From: Halarcobacter sp.
GTDB lineage: Bacteria; Campylobacterota; Campylobacteria; Campylobacterales; Arcobacteraceae
NCBI GenBank assembly: GCA_048571215.1
Contig: CP182352.1
Location: forward strand, 128,001 to 192,000
Direction of reading: 5' to 3'
Length of the DNA stretch: 64,000 bases
Part shown: piece after piece, positions 52,288 to 63,121 of the stretch
How the letters are laid out: each line of letters begins with the position of its first letter
Position numbering within the stretch: the stretch's first letter is position 1
Notes under the pieces: model-generated
Seen by the model: the letters and a program-made list of their open reading frames with translations, nothing else
What the model was told of the DNA's origin: nothing
Database searches by the model: none
Translations under genes and position numbers: made by a program

Positions 52288-52317
52288 GTTTTTTATCTCT
52301 CCTTTTATTTTTTTGTA

Positions 52318-53967
52318 TTATAACATACACTCTTTTTTAGCTAATAATTCATTTAATATTGAGTGATTTAATGAATAATCAACTGCTAGGTCAATCAAGT
52401 GAACACCTTTACCGTTTACACACTCAGCTAATGTTTTTTCAAACTCTTCACAAGATTGAGGTCTATGTCCAGTTGCACCGTAACTTTCTGCATATTTAAC
52501 AAAATCTGGGTTTTCTAAGTCTAAACCATAAGTTTCAAATCCCATACCTGTTTGTTTCCATTTAATCATTCCATATGAGTTGTCATTTAAGATAACTACA
52601 GTTAAATCTAAACCTAATCTAACAGCTGTTTCCATCTCTTGTGAGTTCATCATAAATCCACCATCACCACAAACTGCAACAACTTTTGAATCTGGACATA
52701 CCATTTTTGCAGCCATACCAGAAGGTAGACCTGCACCCATAGTTGCAAGGGCATTGTCAAGTAATAATGTATTTGGTTGTGCACATCTATAGTTTCTTGC
52801 AAACCAGATTTTATATACACCATTATCAAGTGTTACAATATCTTTTTCATCTAAAGTTTGTCTAATAGTTCTTACTGCTTTTTGTGGTAAGATAGGAAAT
52901 CTTGTATCTCCAAAATATTTTGAAAGTCTAGTTCTAATCTCTTCTGCTAATCTAATATAATAATCAAAATCCCAGTGCTCTTGTTTTGAAATTGCATTTG
53001 TCATTTGAGTCATATTTTGAGCAATATCACCTATTACGTCCATTTGAGGGAAATAAGTATCATCTACTTCTGATGGGAAAAAGTTTATATGTAAAACTTT
53101 TGTTGCATCGGGATGGTTTTCCATAAAAAATGGTGGTTTTTCAATTACATCATGTCCAACATTGATGATTAAATCTGCTCTATCAATTGCACAATGAATA
53201 AAATCATCTTTTGATAATGCTGCTGTACTTAAACATAATTTGTGATTTTCATCAACAACCCCTTTACCCATTTGTGTAGAGAAAAATGGAATTCCTGTTT
53301 CATTTACAAAGTTAGTTAAGGCATCACCAATTCTACTTCTATTTGCACCTGCTCCAATTAGTAAAAGTGGTCTTTTTGCTTTTTCAATCATTTTTACCGC
53401 TTCTAATATTGCAGATTTTTCTGCATAAGGGTATCTAAATGAGTGAACTGGATAGATATTATCATCCACTTCCTCTTCTGCAATATCTTCAGGTAGTTCT
53501 ATATGAACAGCACCTGGTCTTTCTGTAGTAGCTATTTTAAATGCTTCTCTTACCATTGATGGTATATTGTTTCCATTTACAACTTGTTTAGCGTATTTAG
53601 TCATTGGTTTCATCATACCAACTATATCTACAATTTGAAATCTACCTTGTTTTGATTTTTTAATTGGTTTTTGACCAGTTATCATCATCATTGGCATACC
53701 ACCTAGTTGTGCATATGCTGCTGCTGTTGCAAAGTTAGTAGCCCCTGGCCCTAAAGTTGAAATACATACTCCAACTTTTCCTGTAAGTCTTCCATAAGTT
53801 GCAGCCATAAAACCTGCACCTTGTTCATGTCTTGTTAATATAAGTTTGATTTTCGATTGTCTTAAAGATTCTAAAAAGTCTAAGTTTTCTTCACCTGGAA
53901 TACCAAAAATATATTCAACACCTTCATTTTCTAATGCTTTTATAAATAAATCTGATGCTTTCATCAT
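52318..53967 (-). CDS. ThDP-dependent enzyme, acetolactate-synthase-like (candidate 2-oxoglutarate decarboxylase)
   Basis: FGIPGEEN, RHEQGAGFMA, TLGPGATN, ThDP motif GDGG...NDN; no ilvN/ilvH nearby. Confidence 0.8.
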   Translation of the reverse strand: MMKASDLFIKALENEGVEYIFGIPGEENLDFLESLRQSKIKLILTRHEQGAGFMAATYGRLTGKVGVCISTLGPGATNFATAAAYAQLGGMPMMMITGQKPIKKSKQGRFQIVDIVGMMKPMTKYAKQVVNGNNIPSMVREAFKIATTERPGAVHIELPEDIAEEEVDDNIYPVHSFRYPYAEKSAILEAVKMIEKAKRPLLLIGAGANRSRIGDALTNFVNETGIPFFSTQMGKGVVDENHKLCLSTAALSKDDFIHCAIDRADLIINVGHDVIEKPPFFMENHPDATKVLHINFFPSEVDDTYFPQMDVIGDIAQNMTQMTNAISKQEHWDFDYYIRLAEEIRTRLSKYFGDTRFPILPQKAVRTIRQTLDEKDIVTLDNGVYKIWFARNYRCAQPNTLLLDNALATMGAGLPSGMAAKMVCPDSKVVAVCGDGGFMMNSQEMETAVRLGLDLTVVILNDNSYGMIKWKQTGMGFETYGLDLENPDFVKYAESYGATGHRPQSCEEFEKTLAECVNGKGVHLIDLAVDYSLNHSILNELLAKKECML

Positions 53968-54249
53968 ATCTCCGTTTTTTTTTATTAATTTATACCGTAG
54001 TGTCCCACAAAATGTTTTAAATAGTTGTTAAAAATTATAAATAAATTAAATCAAAATGGTAAAATTTATACAAGTGCGAATAAACGACACATAGATTATT
54101 AAATATTATTTTAACTTTAAATAAATACATTAAAACTTTATATTATTTTAACCTAAGTTTACATATATTTTAATTGTAATTACAATATTGTTAGTTAAAT
54201 TTTTGTTTTTTTTGATACAATTATTTATAACTAGTTTAGGTTGAAACAT

Positions 54250-55860
54250 ATGGATAAAGATTACAATTTTTTTGATAATATTACTATATATACGGATATT
54301 GAAGGCAATATAATTGAAGTAGATGATAGCTATTTAAAAATTATTAATAAAAAAATTAGTGATATTATTGGAAAAAAAGAAACAGATTTTTTAGAAATTA
54401 GCTCTAAGTCACAAAATTGTCAGTACAAAAAGTTTTTAAATACTGAAAATTCTACACTTATAGAAGAGGAGCAAATTAATTATCCTTTTGGTTTAAGATA
54501 TTACAAGAGTAAAAAAGAACTACTTACTCAAAATCAACAACAAATAATTCAAATAACAAGAAGAGATATAACAGAGTATAAACAATATATAAATATGTAT
54601 CATTCTGAGAGTAAAATTTTAGGATATATTGCAAAGGGTAAAAAAATAGAGTTTATTTTAGATGAGATAATTAAATCTGTAGAATCAAAAAATTCTAAAA
54701 TGGTTTGTTCTATATTATTGCTTGATGAGAGTAAAAAAAGATTAATTAAGTGTGCAGCTCCATCTATCCCTGAATATTTTAGTGATAAAATAAATGGGAT
54801 GGAGATTGGAGAAAAAGTTGGTTCATGTGGGGCTGCAGTTTTTCTTAAAAAAAGAGTGATTGTAGAGGATATTAGTACACATGAGAACTGGAAATCAGCA
54901 AAATACTTAGCTGCTAAATTTGATTTACATGCTTGTTGGTCTCAACCTATATTTTCATCGGAAAATGAGATTTTAGGTTCTTTTGCAATTTATTATAAAA
55001 CAATTAAAAAACCATCAAAATTTGATATTGATTTAATAGAAAATGTAGCAAATATTACAGGTGTTGCTATTGAAAAACATATAAATAATGAAAAGTTAAA
55101 AAGGGAAAGAAAAGAGAAAAAACAACAAGAAGAGCTTTTACTTCATAAGTCTAAACAAGCAATGATGGGAGAGATGTTAGAGAATATAGCCCATCAATGG
55201 AGACAACCTTTATCTGTTATTTCTACATATGCAACTGGTATCATGATGAAAAAAGAGCATGGTATGTGTACAAAAGATTTGGAAAAAGATGCTTTTGAAG
55301 CAATAAATTTAAATGCTCAATATCTATCAAATACCATAGAAAATTTTAGAAAATTCTTTTTATCAAATAGCGAAAAAGTAAACTTTTTTGTTGAGGATTC
55401 AATTGATTATACTCTAAAACTAGTAGAAGCTAGATTTAAAAATTTAAATATAAAATTAATAAATGAGATTGATAGTTCAGAAATTTATAATTATCGAAAT
55501 GAGTTAACTCAAGTATTTATGAATATTTTTAATAATAGTGCAGATGCTTTAGAAGATGTAGATATAGATTCTCGTTATATTCAAGTTAGATCATACAAAG
55601 AAATAAATAGAGTAAAAATAATAATCATTGATTCAGCAAATGGGGCTAAAAGTGATATTATACCTAAATTATTTGAACCATATTTCACAACAAAAGAGGA
55701 AAACTATGGTACAGGTATTGGATTGTTTATGTGTTATGAGATTATTGTAAAACATATGAAAGGTACTATAACTGCAAAAAATAGTAGTTTTAAATTAGAT
55801 GATAAATCTTTTACTGGTTTGGAATTTACTATTAGTTTACCAATTGAGTTAGAGGATTAA
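54250..55860 (+). CDS. PAS-GAF histidine kinase
   Basis: PAS-like N-terminus; GAF (AAPSIP, GSCGAA, ACWSQPI, GSFAIY); IAHQWRQPLS; GTGIGL; ATG 54250 preferred over TTG 54241. Confidence 0.85.
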   Translation: MDKDYNFFDNITIYTDIEGNIIEVDDSYLKIINKKISDIIGKKETDFLEISSKSQNCQYKKFLNTENSTLIEEEQINYPFGLRYYKSKKELLTQNQQQIIQITRRDITEYKQYINMYHSESKILGYIAKGKKIEFILDEIIKSVESKNSKMVCSILLLDESKKRLIKCAAPSIPEYFSDKINGMEIGEKVGSCGAAVFLKKRVIVEDISTHENWKSAKYLAAKFDLHACWSQPIFSSENEILGSFAIYYKTIKKPSKFDIDLIENVANITGVAIEKHINNEKLKRERKEKKQQEELLLHKSKQAMMGEMLENIAHQWRQPLSVISTYATGIMMKKEHGMCTKDLEKDAFEAINLNAQYLSNTIENFRKFFLSNSEKVNFFVEDSIDYTLKLVEARFKNLNIKLINEIDSSEIYNYRNELTQVFMNIFNNSADALEDVDIDSRYIQVRSYKEINRVKIIIIDSANGAKSDIIPKLFEPYFTTKEENYGTGIGLFMCYEIIVKHMKGTITAKNSSFKLDDKSFTGLEFTISLPIELED

Positions 55861-57875
55861 ATCTCCTCTTTTATCTCAATTAGTTTATCTATTTTATTAA
55901 TAAATTCATCTTTTTTTGATTCTACAAAATTAATTCTATCTTTGTTTATATCTGTGTACTGATTTTTAGAGTATTGTATAATCTTATAAAGATAATTTCT
56001 TTTTGATGTTAAAAAATCTTCAATTTTTTCAAAACCAAAATTTGCTTTTAGTTTTGTCAAAATCTCATCTTCTCTTGGATGATATATATTAAATTTTGTT
56101 GGTTCTTTTTCAAATAAGATTACTGATTCTGCTATTTGTTGCTCAAAGTGCGCAATAGTTGCTTGTGTTGTTTGAATGAAAGAGTATGACAAAGCTCCAT
56201 TAAAATATGCAAATTTTTTCTTAAGTGCTGAAATATTTTCTAATATTGCCTTATGATAGTGTCTAAGAACATTTTCATAAACTTTTGCAGCAAAGTGTCT
56301 TGTTGCAGAAAACTCAGCATCAGAAGCAATCTCTCTGTGTTTTTTTATAAGTTCATAGGGTTCTTGCCATCTATGAACTTTGTGTTTTACATTTCTATAA
56401 ACATCTATAAAAGCTTCTGCCGCATTTAGCTCTATTTGTTTTAATTGTCTAATAGCTTTTTTAAACATTTTATCTATTGTTTGATCATCATAAAATAGGT
56501 TTTTATATACATTATCACTATCAATCCAATATGATTCATACTCGATTTTTTCAAAACTGTCTTTATTTAGAAAACCTGCTTTTTTCTCAAACCTATTTGC
56601 TTTTTGTTTTTTTACATTTATATAGGTTTCATGTGCCATTTTTTCCATAGTTGCCTCTAAAGAGTTATAGATATCAAAAAGTTGTTTTGAGTAGGTTTTA
56701 TGGATATTATCAAAACATTCTAAAATCTCTTGTTCACTAGTTTCTAATATTTCTGATAAAGAGTCATAAACACCTAAAATAGTTTTATACTCTTTTACTA
56801 AAATATCACAAATACCTCTTAAATCTTTTTTAATAGCAAACTCTTTTGCATCAGCTGCTTGTGGTCTAATAGTATTTTCAATAAACTCTAAAACTTCATT
56901 GATATTAGATTCTTTTAAAAGTTTCATATCACCTGACATATCTTTTGTTTGTATCTCTTGGATACCCTTATGAAACTCTTCAAATTTCTCTTTAAAAAAG
57001 TCTAGTGAATCAACTTCAATATTTTTGTTTAGTTCTTTTTTAAAATCTTTTGTAATTGAATCAAATTTATCATCAAGTAATACCCTTTTTTGATGTTGTC
57101 TTGAATCAAGAGCTTGTTTTGCAGATATTGGAGTAACTTGAGAAAAATATTTTGAAAATTTCTCTTTTACATATTTTGTTGTAGTGTCTATTTGTTCTTG
57201 GGTAAATTTATCTTTTTGATTTAAAACACATAATGATTTGTTTTGAAAGTGTTGCATATACTCTTCAAGAACTTCTGCTTCAGACAATTTCCCTGCATTA
57301 TCTATAAGTGTTAACCAAATAATACCACCAACATCCCTTAATACTCTTCTTGTTGTATCTGTATCACTTTGAGATTGTGAATTTAAACCTGGGGTATCCA
57401 CAAAAGATATATCTTTTAATATATCCATTGGAGCATAAAGCGTTAGGTATTTTATATCACTCATCTCATCTTTTCTTTGATCTGTAAAATCAGCAATAGC
57501 TTCAATTGGGGCGTATTCTTGTGCCCCTGAGTAGTAAGTGATTTTTAATTTATACTCATCCCCATAGTTGATAAAGTTTACTTTCGAAGTTACAGGAGTG
57601 ATTCCTGTTGGCAAAATATTTTTAGAAAGTAGGGCATTTAAAAAGGTTGATTTACCTGAAGAAAACTGTCCCGTGATTGCAACTTCCATAGGGTATCTAG
57701 CCCGTCTAATTTGCTTATCTAAAATTGATTTTAATTGAACAGATGGCAAAAAATCAGGGGTTAGAAGCTTATTTCTAACTTTTTTAATATCTCCAACTAA
57801 ACCCTCTTCATAAATCTCTTTAGCTTCAAGAAACTTTTCATTGTACTCTTTTACAAAACCACTTAAGATACTCAT
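55857..57875 (-). CDS. Bacterial dynamin-like protein 2 (Cj0412-like)
   Basis: GQFSSGKST, PTGITPVT, FVDTPG, NQKD; long helical C-terminus. Confidence 0.85.
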   Translation of the reverse strand: MSILSGFVKEYNEKFLEAKEIYEEGLVGDIKKVRNKLLTPDFLPSVQLKSILDKQIRRARYPMEVAITGQFSSGKSTFLNALLSKNILPTGITPVTSKVNFINYGDEYKLKITYYSGAQEYAPIEAIADFTDQRKDEMSDIKYLTLYAPMDILKDISFVDTPGLNSQSQSDTDTTRRVLRDVGGIIWLTLIDNAGKLSEAEVLEEYMQHFQNKSLCVLNQKDKFTQEQIDTTTKYVKEKFSKYFSQVTPISAKQALDSRQHQKRVLLDDKFDSITKDFKKELNKNIEVDSLDFFKEKFEEFHKGIQEIQTKDMSGDMKLLKESNINEVLEFIENTIRPQAADAKEFAIKKDLRGICDILVKEYKTILGVYDSLSEILETSEQEILECFDNIHKTYSKQLFDIYNSLEATMEKMAHETYINVKKQKANRFEKKAGFLNKDSFEKIEYESYWIDSDNVYKNLFYDDQTIDKMFKKAIRQLKQIELNAAEAFIDVYRNVKHKVHRWQEPYELIKKHREIASDAEFSATRHFAAKVYENVLRHYHKAILENISALKKKFAYFNGALSYSFIQTTQATIAHFEQQIAESVILFEKEPTKFNIYHPREDEILTKLKANFGFEKIEDFLTSKRNYLYKIIQYSKNQYTDINKDRINFVESKKDEFINKIDKLIEIKEEI

Positions 57876-60205
57876 GATTTAAGTCCTTTGCTAATAGCTT
57901 CAAGTTTTTTTATCTTTTTATGAATTTTGATTGTCATTTCATCTTTATTTGTTTCATTCTCTTCGAAAGTTGCAATTCTATTTTGTAAAGTTTTTTCATC
58001 TTTTTTTAATTTATGTTCAAAAACCTCTAAAGGTTCAGCAATTTGTTTGAAAAAGTTTTCAATTAGAACTTCAGAGATAGTATTTGCTTTCTCTTTTATA
58101 CTCTTTTCAATAGGTGAGAATTGCTCTTTGATAAAAACTTCTATTGTTCTATCAAATTCAGGAAGTTTTTTTGCAGTGCTTTTATTTACTTCATTTATAA
58201 TTTTTGAGATTAATACCTCATTTGAAGCGGTTAAAAATCCAGATTTAAAATCATCTTGGAAAAAACCCCTTGCATCAAAGTTATCATTTTTATGTCCAAG
58301 TGTGAAGCCCAAATCTTGATATTTTTGTTCACAAATCTCCCCAATACTTTGAGATTTTTTAATAAACTTATATCTATAATCCCTAATGATATCTATAATT
58401 CCATCTTTTATTGCTGTTTCTATTATAGTTCTTATTCTAGAACTAGGGGGTCTTTTTTTTGTTTTTTCTAACGAGTACTTAACATCATTAAATACCCTTT
58501 GTTTTATAATATTTTGTAAATCAATAAGTTCTGTTGATAAAAAAGTTTCTAAAGTTTCAAGGTAATTTTTTGCATCATTTTTGTAGATATTTATATCTTC
58601 GTTCATACTTGCAAAAATCTTTTCATTTGTCTCTTTTTTTATATTGAAATTTTTTAAATCCTCTTCAAGTTCCTCTTTTGATTTTGATAAAAGTATTAGT
58701 TCATAATTAAAAGATTTCAACTCTTTTTCTATAGATTTAAGAATTTGTGTTTTTGTACCTTTTATTATTAAATCAGATTTAGATGAGTTTGCACCAAAAA
58801 GAGTATCTTCTAAATACTCTTCTATCTCTAAAATTCCTGTATCTTCAATTGAATATCCAGCTTCTAAAGCCTCTTTTTCTCTTCCAGTTCTATGAAGTAG
58901 TGCCATTCTTCCAGAGATTGGAACAAATTTAATACTACTTAAAATATAATCTAGCTTGCTATCTTTATTTTGGGCTTTTAATTGAGCTTTGATTGATGAC
59001 TTGGTATAGTCTATAACCTCTTGAAGTTGCTCTTTTGATACTGTATCAGCTCTTGTTATTACTATTAGAAGTTTTGTAATATTTTGGTAAAGTAGGGCAT
59101 CTATTATAAACTCTACATCTTTAAGTGTTGCACTTTGACTTACATTCATCAAATGAAGCATTAAATCACATTTGGCTAAATACTCTTTTGTTATCTCCTC
59201 CCTTTGAATAACTGGGTCATCTAATCCTGGAGTATCAACTATCTCTATACCATCACTTAAAAATTTTAAATCAGATTTTAGTTCTACATATTTTATTAGG
59301 TTGCATTTTTTGCCACTTGCTTCTGCTGAAGTATATAAAGCTAAGTCTTTTATATTTACATCTTCACTTTTTGATTCTTCTTTTATTAAAGAGTCTAATT
59401 GGTCTGCAAATATTTTTTTAGTCTCTTCTACAAACTCTTTGATTGATTCTATTTCATTCCCAGTTGTTTCTATTTTCTCCCATTCACTTTTATTCCAGTA
59501 AAAAACTTTTGCTTCTGGTTTACCATGTTTTACTATTGTAAGGGTTGCTGTTTCTGGAACAACTGCACTTCCAAGTATCTCTTGTCCCATTAAGGCATTT
59601 AGCATAGTAGATTTTCCAGCATTCATAACCCCTGTTATACCTATAGAAAATTTTTGATTATCTAAATATTTTTGTGTATTCTCAAGTTCAGCTTTAAAAT
59701 CAGGAGTGATAAATATATTTTTTAAATCCTCTAATAATTTATCTAAGTTAGCTTTTGATTCTTTAAAGGATTTTGTACTAGTTAAAATAGGAGTGTTAGC
59801 TGATTGTTCCTCATCTGTGATAAGTTCATTTGGGTCAAATAATGAGATTAGTTTTTTGTAGTCTGCTTCATTAAGTATATTTTCATCATATAGGTATTTA
59901 AAGCCATTATGTAACTCTTCTAAATGGGATTTTTTTGTTTCATATTTTATAGCTTCAACTAAGCAGTGTTGAAATTGGTGTAACTCATCTAAGTTTTTTA
60001 CCTCTTTTAAAGTTACATGGTTGATTAGTTTTTTAAAACTATCTAAGGTGATAAATCTTTCATAATCTTTTCTTGTAGCACTTAGAACCATAGCTGCAAC
60101 ATCAAAAAATTCATCTTTGTTTTTATTTTCCAAAGTACCAAAGGTTGTAGTTGGTTCTATATGAATACCATGATAGAGTAAGAAGTAATCATTAGTTAAT
60201 GGCAT
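57872..60205 (-). CDS. Bacterial dynamin-like protein 1 (Cj0411-like)
   Basis: GVMNAGKST, VPET, IVDTPGLDD, TRAD; overlaps DLP2. Confidence 0.85.
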   Translation of the reverse strand: MPLTNDYFLLYHGIHIEPTTTFGTLENKNKDEFFDVAAMVLSATRKDYERFITLDSFKKLINHVTLKEVKNLDELHQFQHCLVEAIKYETKKSHLEELHNGFKYLYDENILNEADYKKLISLFDPNELITDEEQSANTPILTSTKSFKESKANLDKLLEDLKNIFITPDFKAELENTQKYLDNQKFSIGITGVMNAGKSTMLNALMGQEILGSAVVPETATLTIVKHGKPEAKVFYWNKSEWEKIETTGNEIESIKEFVEETKKIFADQLDSLIKEESKSEDVNIKDLALYTSAEASGKKCNLIKYVELKSDLKFLSDGIEIVDTPGLDDPVIQREEITKEYLAKCDLMLHLMNVSQSATLKDVEFIIDALLYQNITKLLIVITRADTVSKEQLQEVIDYTKSSIKAQLKAQNKDSKLDYILSSIKFVPISGRMALLHRTGREKEALEAGYSIEDTGILEIEEYLEDTLFGANSSKSDLIIKGTKTQILKSIEKELKSFNYELILLSKSKEELEEDLKNFNIKKETNEKIFASMNEDINIYKNDAKNYLETLETFLSTELIDLQNIIKQRVFNDVKYSLEKTKKRPPSSRIRTIIETAIKDGIIDIIRDYRYKFIKKSQSIGEICEQKYQDLGFTLGHKNDNFDARGFFQDDFKSGFLTASNEVLISKIINEVNKSTAKKLPEFDRTIEVFIKEQFSPIEKSIKEKANTISEVLIENFFKQIAEPLEVFEHKLKKDEKTLQNRIATFEENETNKDEMTIKIHKKIKKLEAISKGLKS

Positions 60206-60331
60206 TTTTTTCCTTTCAGTAATGAAACTTTTAATAAATAAAAATTGTTTTCATTACAACTGATAATTTCAATAGGTCTAATATAAAATATTAATTAAAT
60301 TTTCAAACTAATTTATTTGTCCTTAAAATAG

Positions 60332-60404
60332 AAAAAGCCAATTATTCCTAAGAATAATTGACTTTTTTTACTTTTTATAAGGGAAGGAACTCCTTCCCTT
60401 ATAA
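60332..60404 (-). terminator. Double hairpin / terminator after frdB
   Basis: TTATAAGGGAAGG/CCTTCCCTTATAA (60375-60404), then AAAAAGCCAATTATTC/GAATAATTGACTTTTT (60332-60367) with a T-tail on the minus strand. Confidence 0.75.
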
Positions 60405-61136
60405 TTATCTTAGAGATACTAGCTTTCTTCTTAAATAAGCTATTTTATTTTGTAGTGGTAAATGTTTTGGACAGTGGTCTTCGCATGCCATTAATGACAT
60501 ACAACCAAAGATACCATCATCATCACCAATTAATTCATAATAATCTTCTGCAGATCTGTTATCATGTGGATCTACTTCAAATCTTGCAACTCTATTTAAT
60601 CCAACAGGACCAACAAAATCAGGTCTCATTAGCATAGTACCACAAGATGCAACACAAATACCACACTCAATACATCTATCAAGTTCAAATGTATCATTTG
60701 CTACATCTGGATCAATTCTCTCTTCAAGTTTAGTGATATCATGTTTTTCATTTGTATGAATCCATGATTCAACTCTTTTAGACATTTTATCCATCCATTT
60801 ACCAGTATTAACAGATAAATCTTTGATTAATTCAAATGCTGGCATTGGAAGAAGAGTGATTACCCCATCAGGATAGTTTGCAACAAGTGTTCTACAAGCT
60901 AGGGCTGGTTTACCATTTACAACCATACCACAAGAACCACAAATTCCTGCTCTACATACAAAATCAAAAGATAAATCAGGGTCAATATGCTCTCTAATTT
61001 GTGTTAATGCAATAAAAAGAGTCATCCCTGGAGTTTCTTCAAGTTTATACTCTACATAGTGAGGTTTAGAAACCGCACTTCTTGGATTGAATTTAAGTAC
61101 TTTAATTGTAACTTCTCTACCTTTTGCTGTACTCAT
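60405..61136 (-). CDS. frdB: Fumarate reductase iron-sulfur subunit
   Basis: [16 protein letters not shown]...[13 protein letters not shown]. Confidence 0.96.
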   Translation of the reverse strand: MSTAKGREVTIKVLKFNPRSAVSKPHYVEYKLEETPGMTLFIALTQIREHIDPDLSFDFVCRAGICGSCGMVVNGKPALACRTLVANYPDGVITLLPMPAFELIKDLSVNTGKWMDKMSKRVESWIHTNEKHDITKLEERIDPDVANDTFELDRCIECGICVASCGTMLMRPDFVGPVGLNRVARFEVDPHDNRSAEDYYELIGDDDGIFGCMSLMACEDHCPKHLPLQNKIAYLRRKLVSLR

Positions 61137-63121
61137 TACTTATCTCCTACTCTTTCATTTTTATCTTTATAGTTCATTGGTAAATCAAATGGCATAAGTG
61201 CATCTTGAATCTCATGTCTATCTTTACCTTCAGCTTGCATTTTTTCAGTAATTTCATCAACTTCTGCTTGTCTTTTTGCTGAAAGCTCATTTTCTATAAT
61301 CATACCCTTAGCACCATATCCTCTAAATGCAGGAGGCATCTCCATTTTCATAATATCTAATGGTTCATATGTGATTTCAGGTTCTATTGCATCTTTTGAT
61401 GGCCAAGATGTTAATGTTCTATTTAACCAATTTGCATCATCTCTTTTTAGATAATCTTCTCTATAGTGTGCCCCTCTTGACTCAGTTCTATCTCTTGCAC
61501 CTTTAGCAACACATAATGCAACTTTTAACATTTTTGGAACTCTATATGCATCTTCTAGTTCTGGGTTTCCAGCTCTTTCTTTAGATTTTACATTGATTTG
61601 TTTAGTTTTTTGTAATAACTCTTTTAACTCTTCAACTGCTTCAGCTAAGTGTGGACCATCTCTAAAGATACCAACTTTATCATCCATAAGTTGTTTCATT
61701 CTATTTTTGATTTTATAGATATCTTCACTTCCATTATAAGATAATATCTCTTCTAAATAAGCATTTTGCTCATCTAAGAATTTTTGAACAGTTTTAGTAG
61801 GAATCGTTACATCATTTTCTAAACAAAAATCAGCAAAATAGTTACCAATAATCATACCAGCAACAACTGTTTCAGAAACTGAGTTTCCTCCAAGTCTATT
61901 AAATCCATGCATATCCCAACAAGCAGCTTCACCACAAGCGAAAAGTCCAGATAAGTTTTGAGATTCACCTGTTGGTTTAGTTCTAATTCCACCCATTGAG
62001 TAGTGTTGCATAGGAAGTACTGGAGCCCAACCTTTTGGACCTTCATCAGCAGGATCAATACCATTAAAGATTTCACAAATCTCTTGTACATCTCTTAGGT
62101 TTCTTTCGATGTGCTCTCTACCTAAAATAGAGATATCTAACCATACATGGAAACCATAAGGAGAAGGTACACCTTTACCATTTCTAATATGTTCAATCAT
62201 TCTTCTAGAAACAACGTCTCTTGAAGCAAGCTCTTTTTTCTCAGGTTCATAATCTGGCATAAATCTATGTCCATCAACATCTCTTAAGATACCACCATCA
62301 CCTCTACAACCTTCAGTTAATAAAATACCTGATGGTACAATTGGAGTTGGGTGAAATTGAACAGCTTCCATATTTCCTAAAGTTGCAATTCCAGTTTCAA
62401 GAACAATACCTTGACCTGTACCTTCACAAATAACTGCATTTGTAGTTTGTTTAAATACTCTTCCATAACCACCAGTAGCAATACATGTTCCTTTTGCTAC
62501 ATATGCTTCTAATTCACCAGTAATTAAATCTCTTACAATAGCACCATAACATCTTTTATCTTCATGGATAAGTGATAATGCTTCTTTTCTATCTCTAATA
62601 TCAACATCATGTTTTAAAGCTTCATTTGCAACACCAAATAACATTGTATGTCCTGTTGCATCCGCTGTATAACATGTTCTCCATTTTTTTGTACCACCAA
62701 AATCTCTTGATGTGATTAGACCATGTCTATCTTCATCTTCAGTAATAGTTGTTTTTTTAGCATTGATAACAGCTTCTCTTGTACCAGCTTTTACTCTAGA
62801 CCAAGGCACACCCCAACCTGCTAATTCTCTAATAGCTTTTGGCGCAGTATGTACGAACATTCTTGCAACATCTTGGTCACATCCCCAGTCAGAACCCTTT
62901 ACAGTATCTGCAAAGTGTAAATCTTCATTATCACCATCTGACATTTTAGAGTTACCTAAAGATGCTTGCATACCACCTTGTGCAGCAGCACTATGAGATC
63001 TCTTAACAGGAACTAAAGATAATACAACTGTACTTAAACCTTTTTTTTGTGCAGCAACAGCAGCTCTTAAACCTGCTAATCCTCCACCAATAACTAATGC
63101 ATCACAGTAATTAATTTTCAT
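61136..63121 (-). CDS. frdA: Fumarate reductase flavoprotein subunit
   Basis: [16 protein letters not shown] (FAD-His), [30 protein letters not shown]. Confidence 0.97.
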   Translation of the reverse strand: MKINYCDALVIGGGLAGLRAAVAAQKKGLSTVVLSLVPVKRSHSAAAQGGMQASLGNSKMSDGDNEDLHFADTVKGSDWGCDQDVARMFVHTAPKAIRELAGWGVPWSRVKAGTREAVINAKKTTITEDEDRHGLITSRDFGGTKKWRTCYTADATGHTMLFGVANEALKHDVDIRDRKEALSLIHEDKRCYGAIVRDLITGELEAYVAKGTCIATGGYGRVFKQTTNAVICEGTGQGIVLETGIATLGNMEAVQFHPTPIVPSGILLTEGCRGDGGILRDVDGHRFMPDYEPEKKELASRDVVSRRMIEHIRNGKGVPSPYGFHVWLDISILGREHIERNLRDVQEICEIFNGIDPADEGPKGWAPVLPMQHYSMGGIRTKPTGESQNLSGLFACGEAACWDMHGFNRLGGNSVSETVVAGMIIGNYFADFCLENDVTIPTKTVQKFLDEQNAYLEEILSYNGSEDIYKIKNRMKQLMDDKVGIFRDGPHLAEAVEELKELLQKTKQINVKSKERAGNPELEDAYRVPKMLKVALCVAKGARDRTESRGAHYREDYLKRDDANWLNRTLTSWPSKDAIEPEITYEPLDIMKMEMPPAFRGYGAKGMIIENELSAKRQAEVDEITEKMQAEGKDRHEIQDALMPFDLPMNYKDKNERVGDK

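Larger units (their letters stand above)
37001..52294. repeat. ~1.4-kb direct repeat pair: 37001-38399 and 50896-52294
   Basis: Identical 463-aa translations; I found only three synonymous differences by eye; flanks are unrelated. Confidence 0.95.

Noticed and set aside
37001..52294. Long direct repeats as IS or composite-transposon ends
   Set aside because: The repeats are metabolic genes; no transposase, integrase, terminal inverted repeats or target duplications are visible.
52318..53967. Naming the ThDP enzyme ilvB/ilvI
   Set aside because: No regulatory subunit or ilv context; it is paired with an ALDH and its function is unresolved.
54173..54186. Palindrome ATTGTAATTACAAT between the ThDP gene and the kinase
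   Set aside because: Short and AT-rich, single occurrence, no assignable regulator.
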